DNA from: Nymphaea colorata
Lineage: Eukaryota
Reading direction: 5' to 3'
DNA: 64,000 nucleotides
Assembly (NCBI RefSeq): GCF_008831285.2
Contig: NC_045138.2
Coordinates: forward strand, 18,910,001-18,974,000
In this document: piece after piece, positions 1 to 12,212 of the stretch
Numbering within the stretch: the first letter of the stretch is position 1
Layout of the letters: each line of letters opens with the position of its first letter
Program-made: the position numbers and the translations under genes
Notes under the pieces: model-generated
What the model saw: the letters and a program-made list of their open reading frames with translations, nothing else
Database searches by the model: none
Told to the model about the DNA's origin: nothing

Positions 1-644
1 AATTCTCATCTTTAACATTGAAAGGATTTTTTAATGTTATAAAGTTCATAAAAATCTCTTTACTGGTTAAAATTTTAAGAACTCTTGTCCTACTTCTTAA
101 AGGCCGACGTTAGAAAGTTTTCGAAACCAAAACCTGAACACTCAAAAAATTGCCACCCAAATGAACTTTTCATGCCCTTTGACCTATGCAATGTAAATGT
201 TTGTTGAGTATCTAATGTTTTCTAACCTGAATTTAACTAATTTCAAATTTTCCTATATAAAATTGAAAAATTGGGTCCATCTGATAAACGAATCTTGCTT
301 TCTAATATTTTCTGAACGTAACCAGCCCCCCGACATTTTTTCGGTATTTTATCAGGAAATTATTTATTTTCTCATCTGAAAAATAAAATAAAATAAATAT
401 ATCGAAGACGATCAGTTGCTATGTACCACTTACACTACAGAACAACTAAAATGCCCGCTCATAACAAGCTATTTAGGATTGATAATACAACCAATTCTAG
501 ATCTACACACAAAGAATTTTTGCTTCCCAACACATGGAAACGCCAAAACAATCCCAACTCCTACAACTCAACACCTTCATGAAAGTGCATTTTACAACCA
601 CACACATACCAAGAATACGACCCACGAGTACACGCTTCATTAAT

Positions 645-2101
645 TTAGATCACAAGTCCAAGAACCACCAAGGCAAAGATGGACAAGGTAGAGAATCCAT
701 CGTAGATCTTGTGGGCAGAGCTTGGGTTAAGGGTGACGAGTGCAGGTGGCGGCGGCGACACTGTTGTAGGGATCAGCAGCGATGGGGCTGGTGGCGACGA
801 AGCTGGCACGCCCGCTTCAGTTGCAGTCACCGGCGGATCGGCTGTGAAAGATGGCCAAAGACAGCAAGAAAAAAATATAGTGTCAATGTTGTCTGTTTTG
901 GAGATGCCGATACATCTGATTTAGAATCAAATGAATCAAATATGAAATTAAGCTTAGTATCTAATTAAGAAATCGGATCCAATTCACATTTATAAAAATG
1001 ATGGATTCGAACTTGGACATACATAAATATCGAATTGGATTTGGATTTGATTCATATCGGATTTAATTTTAAGTAAATATCACATTACCCCTTAGGCAAC
1101 ATGAAGAACAATTAAGCTAGTTGGTTATCAAATTATGGTGTTTAAACCCAAAGTTATGATATTTCTGAATGTAATAATTAAGATAACTAAGATCAGATCA
1201 TTAAGAAAAATTCCCCACAAGAAAGAACCAGATATGTTGGTTTCTGGTTGTCGGAGTTTACCTGGACGTGGCGGAAGAGGGGGAAGGGCTGGAGCGGGTA
1301 CGATGGTGCCTGCCAAAGAATTATACACACAAGTTACTTTGGTTGCCAACCCAGATCTGAAACTGAAACTGCTTTAATCTGATTTGATCATAGAGAAAAA
1401 AGAAAAATCAAATCTAAAACCAAACTTCGAGATCCAATTAGGACCCGTAAATATCCGACCCTTTTTACACGTAAATTTTGGATCTCAAATGAGGTCCGTA
1501 TCGAATTCAAAAAAGGTGGGATATGATTAAGTCGGATTCAGCAAAAGCTGGGCCAATTCAAATCGGAACAGTGAAACATAGCAAGAAAAGAAGAATCAAT
1601 TTTCTCTACCTGCTGGCGGAAGAGCAATCGACGTATCTGCATCAAAATAAAACACAAGCATAAAAACTTGTTAGTGACATTTATTAGTACAAAACATGTT
1701 AATGGATGTCCCTAAGCAATACTGAAAACGGAAAAGGATGTATTTGTCTAGGAACTAATACATTTGCATTGCAGCGGCACCGCCGGTATCCGGCAAGCGC
1801 GGGGGAGGGAGATGGCCAACGTCCGGTTGATGGGCACCCGAAACGGGACGTTGGCGGTTAAGAGGAGGCACAAGCATCCGGCTGAGTTGCCAACCAAGGA
1901 GGCAAGGGATTGACAGCAGTCGGCAGTCGGGGAGCTGCCATTGGCGCTGCTTCCGGTCACGTAATTCAGGCAGGGAGTGAAGCTGCTGATCATGCCCGTC
2001 GTGCATATCGTCGTTATCTGGCCGGAAGCCGGCGAGATTGCTGCCGGATAAATGACCATCGACAAGACTAAGAACTTGATTAGTCCAGCGACCGCCTCCA
2101 T
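645..2101 (-). CDS. GPI-anchored non-specific lipid transfer protein (LTPG), 4 exons: 1762-2101, 1610-1636, 1262-1309, 645-841; ~203 aa
   Basis: Signal peptide and 8-Cys motif (C-C-CC-CLC-C-C) in exon 1. GT/AG junctions join in frame (..QCK/YTSIALPPA/GTIVPAPALPPLPPRP/ADPPVTATE..). Pro-rich linker and hydrophobic C-terminal tail (STLSIFALVVLGLVI*). Confidence 0.92.
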
Positions 2102-2177
2102 CCCTATGGCTTAATCACCAAATGTGGTACTACCTCCTACGAATCAGTTGTTGACTCGTTGTGGGCTTGGCGTCTCC

Positions 2178-2185
2178 TTATATAG
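2178..2185 (-). promoter_or_regulatory. TATA box of the first LTPG gene
   Basis: CTATATAA on the minus strand, ~80 nt upstream of the ATG at 2101. Confidence 0.6.
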
Positions 2186-5100
2186 AGGAGGGAAGACAGA
2201 ATGGTAGCTTTGTGGAGTTCAACCACTACTAACAAACTAAGCTATTATTTCTGTGTTTGGCAGAAGTTGGTCCCTGGAACTGCCTTTTATTTAATGACCA
2301 ATAAATCTACGTCAAATTGAATCTCAATTTAACCAGTCAGATTCAAAAAGCAAATAAACTTTTCTCAGTAATTAGGTTCAGATTCACAATCAGGGTTGGA
2401 TTCACTAATGCCCAAATCTGACTTAAATCTGACCACTCTACATCCTTAGATCCAACCCGATCTACATAGGCTCGACCCCATGGTGGAGCTAGAATAATTT
2501 TACCAAAGGGCAATCATATATATATATATATATATATATGACAAAAAAGGAACATTGGGATGGTGTGGACAACTCCATATGTGTCTCCGCCACTTGCTCG
2601 AGGAAGCAGGACCCATTTCTCGGCTCTAGTTAATTGATCTAGGCTCATAAACTCTGCAATCGAGCCGGCCGTGATTAGGTTCAAGGAAGATTTTGCAAGT
2701 CTGGATCAATTAGCTTCAATCTTCTAGCAAGTTCGGATTTCTGGTGGGTCCGAACTTATTAGGCTTTGGTCACCTACTGCCTGGTTGGTGATCTCTGATA
2801 AACCTGTCCCGTCTCAAGGTTCATGAGGGTTCGATCTCAAAGGGCAATCTTATCTTTCTCATTTAAAGGTTTTTAATGTCCTAGACTAGAAAATCTGGCA
2901 AATTTTGGTAAATTATATAATCTCCATCTTACTTGCAGCCGCTCGAGTTTAAATCACAGGACCGGGATTTGGTCCTTGATGTAAGTTGGGTACTGGTCCA
3001 AAAGGATGTAATTTGTTTGGATTCAAGGAAGGGCACTCATAGCCTAAAAATTGTGTCCGGTTCACAATCTGATAACCTATACTGAAGATGTTTTGCCCTT
3101 TATAAGTCTGTTCCTGAGTTTGAGTTAAATGCACCAATGCAGTTTTGTGCAAGTTGAAGATGAAATTAATTTGTTTGGTTATTTAGATCTAAATCTTGAT
3201 CCAATCCGAACATTTGAGGCGATTAATTTGGACGAATGCCATATACCTAACAAACTCACTGTGAGTCTAAGTATCTGAGGTGATCTAAATCTTAAGCCTT
3301 GTCACAAACGTAAGAAACGGATATGAGTCCATAGACACGGTAATTTTCCTTTCCCTAATGCCATATTTGCTTTGAATGTTTACGTAATTATGTTGAATTC
3401 AAAAGATTATATTATCATAGCTTCTTTAGCCCAAAATGATATTTGGGGAACATATTGCTGAGAAAGAGTTGTGACAAGTCTCCAAAGTGAACTAATTTTT
3501 TATTCTTTTAGTTAATACAACAATTTCCTCGATTCGCGTAAGTAATGATGGGTCCAGGTTCACCTGGGGATTAATTTTTTGGGCAGGCTTATCAAGTGGT
3601 AGCTTTCTAATGTGTGTTTGATTACTTCGTATCTTAGATGCAATATTGTCCAAAGCAAAGCACATAATTGGCACACAACATCAGCAAGGGCCCATTTCAA
3701 TATAATTACTTGAAGTAAGCGCTATGGCGCAGCTTCAGTTCTGCAATTTCTGAATCTCCCAGTCGAATGACCTCTTCTAGGCAGGCCTTTATTTTTTTTT
3801 ATTTTCATATCAATTTCAAATATTTTAAAATATTCGTGAAAATAGGAAAAAAAAATAACCTCATACCAACCAGATATGGTTGAATGCATATTTGGCTGAT
3901 ATCTCGCATTAGAGAGCAAACCGATGCAGGGACAGTGTTGATCATGTTCTTAAAATTTGGTCTTACGCTAAGTTAGGCTAATTGTGGTTTAAGGAAACCA
4001 TTAGTTTGAAGTTGTTCTAACAGATTGTGTTGAAAACTATGTATTGAGTCCTGACTTGAGATCCATGAATTTAAGATGAAAGAGTTACAAATTTATGATG
4101 TGATTCATGTCTCCTTGAAACCGAGGAACTCAAATCTTCTTTATTAGGTTCGACTTTCTTTTTCCCTCTAACCGTGGTCAGTTAAATTGACCATGGTTAG
4201 ATTTGTTTGAGAAAAGCTACCTTCATCTCCCCTGATAAATTAAAGAATGCATCTGTGTGATCTACATAAAGGTCGAACTTTTAACTTGATCTGTTCTTGA
4301 ATTCTTGGAAGTTAGAACTCACTGATTGATCCGATTGTTGAGGAAAAGCTTTCGACTTAACTCCAAAACGAGCTTGCAGTAGCTCATGCGCAAGAGAGAG
4401 GGATTGGTTTTGAAATCAATTACATAAAGCGGCTGCTACAGATCTTCCATCAGAAACTAAGTTGTCAAACGTCCTTTCTGTTAATAATATGAAGGAAGTT
4501 TTCATTTTCATTTGCTACATAACTTTGTTTTCTCACCTAAATATCCACTCCTCACTCGTACTCGTATGTCAAATCCAGTATGGTCGAACTTTCGGTTTGA
4601 TTGGCTTTCTTTTTGTTTTCTTAAAGCCATATATGTACTGGTCAAGATTTTTTATGGCCAACAGGTCTTCTTCTTCTCTTGCCAGAACCCAAAGCACTCG
4701 CAGTTTTCAATTGAAAATTTCACAGAAGCAAGCTCTTTTTAGGCTCATTTTTCTTAAAGAATACGGAAGTTTTGAATATTGTACATTTAACCGCCTGACC
4801 TACACAAAGAAATGGACTAAAAAAACAAACAAAAAAGGCAACTGTGAAATTTGAAATTCAGTCATCCATATGATTATTTCTCATAATGTAAAAATTTAGG
4901 CAGCCGTGAAATTTTTTAGACAAGAAAAAGTTTCTTTTGTCAAAAAAATAAGTTCGAGCTGATGTAGAGGAAATTGAACATAAGGATGTCAAGAATGGTA
5001 ATCAGGGGGTCCCTAACACTGGAAACCATGGAATCTGATCATGTATCAGACAAGTCATCTCTGAGAAAAAGTTCGAACCATTGTGTAGCTTCTAAGCTGA

Positions 5101-5341
5101 AGCAATTGACATATTGTTGCACAAATGGCGCTTTTCACAGACGCAGAGAGAGCGAGATTAGCAAAATCCACAAATCATCATCTTATTATCCATGAAGAAT
5201 CACAACCCCCAACAATCACAAGATCAAACAGGTTCATAGGAAAGATCCCAAAGAACCATGGAGAAAAAGAATGCAATGAACTCCAAGAGGAAAAAAAATA
5301 AGAAATAATATGAACAACCGGTCAATCCCAAGGCCGCCGAT

Positions 5342-6410
5342 TTAGAAGACACCGAGTGCTGAAGCACACGAGACGATGAAGATGGCAGCGACAGCCACCA
5401 GAGACGAAGCAGAGTTCATGGAGCTCCCACTAGCTGATGGCCCAGGAGATGCAGCTGCGGGCTTGGTGGTGGCTCCTGCTGCAGCATCATGTGATTCATA
5501 TTCAGCAAAAATAATACATGTACATTTATAATCGATCTTTGATTTATAATCAGGCTCAAATAAGGTTGCAAGTGGTTTAGATCTGGTTTAGAGATTTTGT
5601 CAATTTCTAGTGAACCAGATCTAATTAACAGTCCTAGAATCAAATATTGTTCGTCTAAACCTTAATTGGACCCAGGCCTGTATCTGACATGGACATCCAT
5701 AATCAGATCCAGATGCACTTGCTGAGGCCCAGTGAAGGTCCAAATGTCTAATCCCCATCTTGGGTACTGAAGATCAGAACCCCTAATCAGATCCTTTGAT
5801 TTGGTTTAAACTTTACCTGGTGTGCTTGCTGGTGGTGTGCCTGCTGGTGAGGCGGCTGGGGCAGAGCCTGTGGCTGGTGGTGCCGTAGCTGGAGCAGGGG
5901 AGCCGGTGGGTGCTCCTGCAAGAGCTGGAAACCAGGAGCAAAAAATGCCAACATTTAATTTTGAATTTTTTTAATATAAATGAAGAAAGTATCTCAAATT
6001 GAAGTGCAATATAATGCAAAATGAGTTACTATATTAGTGCAATTTGATATAGTTAAGGTACTGTATTTTCATCATATAAAATTAAAATGGCACTTACCGC
6101 TGCAGAGGGTAGGAGATGGAGTCTTCACATTGCAAGCGCTAGGAAGGGCCAGGGCCTGGGTCTGGTTCACCGAGATACCGAGGGTGCTTCCGGCGTTGGA
6201 CCCAAGGACCAGGCAGAGACACTGAGGCTGGGACTGGACTACAGCAGAGAGCTGTGTGCAGCACATTGGTACAGGCGTGGAAGAGTTCCCGGTGATGTAG
6301 GGCAGGCAGGGCACGAGGCCGGTGAGTGCCGGGGCGCAGTTTGCTTGAGCATATGTTTGCACATACAGTGTGCAAGCGACGACCAACACCAACCCCAACT
6401 TGGCAGCCAT
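5342..6410 (-). CDS. GPI-anchored nsLTP (LTPG5-like type), 3 exons: 6098-6410, 5817-5915 (alternative acceptor 5924), 5342-5478; ~182 aa
   Basis: Signal peptide and 8-Cys motif (NCAPALTGLVPCLPYITG..CCTQL..QCLC..NQTQALALPSACNVKTP..C). Spliced Ala/Pro/Thr/Ser-rich linker and hydrophobic GPI-signal tail (LVAVAAIFIVSCASALGVF*). Confidence 0.92.
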
Positions 6411-6522
6411 TTGAGAAAGGACGGTAACAAGAACCGGACGCCGGAAAACTGGTGCTGGTTTTCCGGTGGCCTGAAGACGTGGGGGGCTGTGAACTTGGTG
6501 ATGATGTTGATGAGGAGGAGGA

Positions 6523-6529
6523 TTTATAG
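6523..6529 (-). promoter_or_regulatory. TATA box of the second LTPG gene
   Basis: CTATAAA on the minus strand, ~115 nt upstream of the ATG at 6410. Confidence 0.55.
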
Positions 6530-8559
6530 ATTAAAGAGGGAGAGAGTAAGCAGAGGAAGTCAGAAAGGAGACAAAAACAGTTGGGTTTTATGGGTGAACA
6601 ACCATTCCTACTATGTCATCTTTCTCGGAAAGCAGCCTCTCAGTTGGTTGCTCATTAAAATAATGGTCTGAACTTTCGCGTCCAATTTCTTTTGTGGGCG
6701 CTTGACTATTGTCTCTAGCCATGATTTAGTGTTTTATAAATATAACATGCCAAATTACTACTTTGCATTCTTTTGTTCAAATGATCCACATGGCCAGCGA
6801 TAACTTAAAGAGTTCGTTACTGAAAAAAAATTTCCTAGCGAGAACCCAGACCTCAATAATCTAAAAGGCAACGTTGGCACAACTTGCCCTGTTTCAATCC
6901 ATTATTGGAATACACCCACTCCAGGATTCTTGGCTTAAGGACAAACAGAGATGCTGGTTCTCCCTTATTGTACACAGGAATTCACCAATATTGGGGCACT
7001 TTGATTTTCTTTTTCAGTTTTGAGATCATGGCAGAGGAAATTGCAAGTTAAAGAAGTCATTATTTTTCTTCTGCTGCTTAGATGGCCACATAATCATGTG
7101 GCTGAAGTTGGTTCTGTCTACAAATAATATGCAGTTAGATTATAATATGCAGTTGGATTAGTCAGTCTGACATACTGTATTTTCCAGGATCTGGTTGGGA
7201 AGAGATTAGCTGTTCAGTTTTGTTGTATGTAGCTGATTTGGATAATTGAAAATTGGAACAGGAACAGCTTTGTTTCGACGTATATGATGGAATATAGATG
7301 TCAGTTTTTAGCTTGCAAATGACAAGCTTTAATGTTCAAAACATATTGCTTAAAGCTTTTAAGCAGCCGTGATTAGTCTAGTTTATAATAAATCTGGCTT
7401 TTAGAAGAGATTCTTTGGTTTAGGTTTTGAGTTTCTAATAAATAAGCTTGCTGCAGTCTGACCTCATTTATCTGTCACATGAGCTTGAGCCAACATTCAA
7501 AATTGAAACTTTAATTAGCAAAAAACCATAGCATACATCCCAATGTTGGCTATCAAACATATCAAATTTGTTGTTAATTTCCAAATCATTTTCCAAATTG
7601 TAAAGAAGAAGTAAATAAAGAATGAGCTAATTTGAACCCTGATTTCACATAGCATGTCTCAATGGCTAAAGATAATGAGCTGTAGCATCCGACCATGCCA
7701 TCCAATTCCATGTGACTTCTATTAATATCAATAAGCAATTTAATGAAGCTTACGCAATCTCTGCAACTCAGTATTTTATTAATACAAGAAGGACCCATTG
7801 GCGGCACTGGAACTTTGAATATTTAGTTATGTATTGTTGTTATTACTTTATAAAGTCTCATGTGTTCGGTGGCTTGCCAGTACAAAATTTCAAACCTCTG
7901 TCCCACCCTTCTGTATAATGAAACTGGGGGGCTAACTAACCTAGGTTCCTTGCAAATCTGTGCTGCCAAGAACTTTTTCTGATACCAAAAAAGACCCTAA
8001 CAACCCCCAAAAAGACCAACGAATTATTTCAGGTAACGTGCCGCAGAGTTTTGAAAATTTAAAAGTTAGCTACTAATTTTTAAAAAAAAATGTTCGGCCC
8101 TGTCAAATTTTTAACAAAAATAGGGCTTTGCTCCAATAAAAGTTTTCAAAATTTTTATTTATTAGCTCGACTGATCGGGACGAAGATGCAGAGTAAAGTG
8201 TCAAAGATGTTACCATCACATGGAAGCCATTGGTTGCATCTATCACATGGAGTTAGATGCATTATTATGATTCCTTGTAAAGAATAGGGCTTTTTATTTT
8301 ACTTTGTCCTTTTCCATGTGCATAGGCATAGGCATGGAAGATTTAAATGGGCGTTGTTACCTTGAAGCAAACTGCGACCCTTTGAGTGATGGTTTCGTGA
8401 ACAACCAAACTTCCCCAACCCCAACCAAACTTCCCGCTGGTGTCATAATTGAGCGGAGATTTCTTACTGTGGAAATGACAAGTTTAACGTTATTGCCAAA
8501 CTGTTAAACTACCACGGTCAAAACCTAACCTCAAGAAAGCATCAAGGGACTAAAGCGAA

Positions 8560-8691
8560 ACTAAAAATTTTTCATGAGGGGGCCAAATTATAAGTTCAGC
8601 ATTCGGCTACTTCTTCACTTTTCTCACTAAAAATTTTTCATGAAGGGACCGAATTATAAGTTCAGCATTCGGCTACCTCTTCATTTTTCTC
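8560..8691. repeat. 66-bp tandem duplication (x2)
   Basis: ACTAAAAATTTTTCATGA..TTCAGCATTCGGCTAC..TTCTC starts at 8560 and again at 8626. Confidence 0.9.
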
Positions 8692-8889
8692 AGGAGTTGC
8701 TGCCATGCACTGATGGGGATGAAAGCGGTGGCAGTGGATGAGATACATGAGGATGAGGTTGAGGTTAGTGTGGTCCTTACCATTCTATCAAACGTTCCAT
8801 TAAACTTAAAAATTATGTGGCCTCCCACATCAATAGTTGGTCGATGATTCTAGTGCTTGTCAACAAAAAATTTCTGACCTTTTTCGATG

Positions 8890-9480
8890 AATGTGCTAGT
8901 GATATCAATCAAACGGTGGTAGAACCAAAGGGGGCCTGCGAAGGCTATGCCCCCAACCCCCCCCCCTCAATTTTTTTTTTTAAAAAATTATATGTAAATT
9001 TTAGAAAAATTTACTTGTTTTATATAAAAATTTTGAAAAATGATATTTTCGACCATTTAGAAACTTTATTTTGGCTTCTTGTCATCAAATGTGCTAGTGA
9101 TATCAATCAAGTACGAGTGAAGCCAAGGGGGGGCCGTAGGGGCACTATCCCCACTCCTCTCAATTTAAAAAAAAAAATTATATGTAAATTTTACTTGTTT
9201 TATATAAAAATTTTGAAAGATAATATTTTCAACCCTTGTCAAAATTTAAAAGTTTTAATTTGGTCTCTCTTCATCAAATGTGTTAGTGATATCAATCAAG
9301 CAAGGGCGGAACTAAGAGAGACCCACAGAGGCCTGTAGGGGCCCCGCCCCCACCCCGCTAATTTAAAATATATATATATATATATATAAATTTTATTTGT
9401 TTTATATAAAATTTTTAAAAACTTAATTTAGCCTCTCCTCATCAAATATGTTAGTGATATCAATCAATCTGGGGCGGAGC
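8890..9480. repeat. ~185-bp tandem array (x3) of a MITE-like fragment joined by a conserved ATGTG(C/T)TAGTGATATCAATCAA linker
   Basis: Linker at ~8891, ~9089, ~9278 and ~9448. The intervening segments are similar to each other (AAATTTTACTTGTTTTATATAAAAATTTTGAAA). Confidence 0.8.
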
Positions 9481-9523
9481 CCTGCGCATTGTCAGTCTAT
9501 AAAAAGAGCCACATCTGATTCTA

Positions 9524-9871
9524 ATGGCTTCCGGTTCAGGAGGAAGAAGCTGGAAGGGTCACGTCCTGGGGCAAAGTCAACCTAGCTCTCTCCTTTCCGG
9601 CCGGCCTGGCTTTACTGAGCCTACCTTCTTACTTCATCCACGAGCAATTCAATAGTTCCACCCTTTTGTTTACAGAAGACCATAAACGTCACCATTCTGT
9701 CCCTCTGCAATGATCGCCACTGCATACGCTCTGATATTGAATGTGGTTCTCTGTAACGGTAAAACTGCACTCTTAGGTCACCCGTGCATTGTAGGCTTCA
9801 ACCCTTTTTGTTTTAAGAAAGAATACGTCGCTTCTGCGTTGAAATTGTGCTTCTTTGCATTGTCATGTTAA
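9524..9871 (+). pseudogene. Probable frameshifted relic of a small hydrophobic (membrane) protein gene
   Basis: TATA at 9498 and ATG at 9524. Switching frames gives PVQEEEAGRVTSWGKVNLALSFPAGLALLSL, KTINVTILSLC and MIATAYALILNVVLC..ALKLCFFALSC*. A second copy (ATGGCTTC at 11877) is internally deleted. The family is not recognised. Confidence 0.35.
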
Positions 9872-10942
9872 AAAAATATAAAAGATACAGCCGTATAGGA
9901 TGTATGCTTGCTGGTTGTCTATGCAACCTGTACGTTTTGTTACTGCTAGCTTTTTTAACTGATTTGTTATATAATTCTTTTATTTTATATAGAACAAATA
10001 TTACATGAAACGCCCTTTAAAAGTGCATCTCTATGTTGCATTATAAGTTTAACATTAATGAACGGGAAACTTAGGAGTTGCTGCCATGCACAGATAGAAG
10101 CGGTGGCTGTGCCTGACATACATGAGATCTGTTAGTTATTGTAAGTCCTTACCATTCATCACATCAAACTGTTTCATCGGACCAGCCCGGCCTCATAAGA
10201 GTAGGGCTCGGGTTGGTCTGACGTTCGAAACCCGAGTTCGGGCCTAGGCCTAATACCTAATATAAGGTCAAGTAGAGCCTGATCAGAATTAAAAAAGATA
10301 TATTTTTTTAAATATAAAATAATTTTTTTGAATGTAAAATAATCTTTTTAATAATATATATTATTAAATTTAAAAAAAAAATAAAAAAAATTAATTGGCC
10401 AACCCGAGCTGAGTACCGAGTAACTATCAAGTACCGGAGCCTCTTGCCCAAACTTATTAAAAATTATGCAATTGTTGTTGGTTGATGAGTTGAGTGTCTC
10501 AAAACCCGAGTTTGGGCCCAGGCTCAATACCTAATATAAGGTCAAGTAGTGCTTGGTAAAAAAAAAATTATTTTTTAAGTATAAAATAGTTTTTTTGAAT
10601 ATAAAATACTCTTTTTAATAATATATATTATTAAATTAAAAAAACTAAAAAAATTAGTTAGCCAACCTGCACATCAATTGTTGTTGGTTGATGACTTTGA
10701 GTGTCTCGTCAACAAAAATTTTCTGACATTTTCTCATGAATTGGTTGATGACTTGAGTGTACGCCTTCTGGTTGTCTTTGCAAATTTTATATAGAACAAA
10801 TATTACATGCAATGAAACGCCATTTAAGAGCACATCACTATGTGGCATTATAATCTCTATGTCGCATTATAAGTTTAGCATTAATGAATGGGAAACTTAG
10901 GAGCTGCTGCCATGCTTGGATGGAAGGGGTGGCAGTGCATGA

Positions 10943-11153
10943 CATAAATGAGGTAGGTTAGTGTGGGTCTTTACCATTTCATCAAAGCGGTGAAAGTGCA
11001 TGACATACATGAGGTAGGTTAGTGTGTGTCTTTACCATTTCATCAAACGTCTCATACATGAGGTAGGTTAGTGTGTGTTTTTACCATTTCATCAAACGTC
11101 TCATACATGAGGTAGGTTAGTGCGTGTCTTTACCATTTCATCAAACGTCTCAT
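10943..11153. repeat. 49-bp tandem repeat (3 near-perfect copies plus 1 diverged)
   Basis: CATACATGAGGTAGGTTAGTGTGTGTCTTTACCATTTCATCAAACGTCT at 11004, 11053 and 11102; diverged copy at 10943. Confidence 0.92.
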
Positions 11154-11795
11154 CAGGCCCTGGACCCCATAAGAGTCGGTCCAGATATAGGGTTCAGTAG
11201 AGCTTGGCCAGATCAAAATAAAAAAAAAAATTAATTGTTTTAATGTAAAATATTTTTTAATAATAAAATATATATTATTATTAAATTAAAAGATTAAAAA
11301 AATAATTAGCCAACTCGAGCTCAATCGGGCGAGTAACCGTCGGGTACCGGAGCCCATTGCCAAGACTTATTAAAAAAATTTATGTGGGCTCCCACATCAA
11401 TTGTTGGTTGATGACTGGAGTGCCCCGTCAACAAAAATCTTCTGACCTTTTCTATGAATGTGCTAGTGATATCAACCAAGCAGGACAGAGTCAAAGGGGC
11501 CTTTTCCCCACAACCCCCACCAAAAAAATTTATTTTTAAAAAAATATATGTAAATTTTAGAAAATTTTATTGTTTTATATAAAAATTTTAAAAAATGATA
11601 TTTCAACTCATGTTAAAATTTAGAAACTTTAATTTGTGTCCCCCTTATAAAAAATTTGAAAGATATTTGTACGTAAAAAAAGACCAGCAATCGTGAGTGA
11701 TATCAATCATGCTGATTCAAGTTGAGAGGATATCAGCATCTGTTGCGAGAGTTTAGAGGATGGAACGAGAGAGTGGTAGGACCCTTGAGACCCTG

Positions 11796-12212
11796 CCCAT
11801 TTGTTGCTCTATAAAAAAAAGCCACATCTCCCATGTTATCACTTGTAAGTCGAGCTGGACTCTCTCTCATATATTCATGGCTTCATGCATTGTAGGAGTC
11901 TTGACCCCACCTCAATTTTTATTTTTAATTTACATGTAAAGTTTAAAAAAATTTATTTATTCTATATAAAAATTTTGAAAAATGATATTTTGTCCCATAT
12001 CAACATTTAGAAACTTTAATTCAGCCTTGTTCATAAAAAAATTTTCGGTTTCACCCCTGTTGCAGAGACTACCCTTTATGTAAAGAGTTATCACCGACTC
12101 TTTAGAAAAACCCATAGAGCTCAGAGAGGGAGAGAGGGAGAGAGAGAAAGAATCCAACTCTATTTACAATAAACTGGGAGATGTGGCTTTTTTTTATAGA
12201 GCGATAGATGGG
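11796..12212. repeat. Inverted repeat with ~70-bp arms (11796-11868 and 12140-12212), each containing a TATA-like core
   Basis: GCTCTATAAAAAAAAGCCACATCTCCCA at 11806-11833 has an exact reverse complement at 12175-12202; the flanks remain similar. Confidence 0.88.

Larger units (their letters stand above)
8692..11710. repeat. Complex modular duplication (about three imperfect copies of a unit, interleaved with MITE fragments)
   Basis: Block AGGAG(T/C)TGCTGCCATGC..TTACCATT at ~8692, ~10074 and ~10900. Block CACATCAAT..GTCAACAAAAA..CTGAC at ~8826, ~10670 and ~11392. Block TTTTATATAGAACAAATATTACATG at ~9983 and ~10786. Confidence 0.85.

Noticed and set aside
6087..6671. 194-aa plus-strand ORF
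   Set aside because: Antisense shadow of the GC-rich LTPG exon 1.
8817..9338. 173-aa ORF
   Set aside because: It is a translation of AT-rich MITE repeats with a non-ATG start.
8890..9480. CRISPR-like pattern of a short conserved repeat with longer spacers
   Set aside because: The spacers are ~160 bp and homologous to each other (MITE fragments). The context is eukaryotic and there are no cas genes.
11405..11450. Box C/D snoRNA-like motif (TGATGA...CTGA) in the repeated block
   Set aside because: The boxes are only ~27 nt apart, the terminal stem is weak, and the C box is not kept in all copies.
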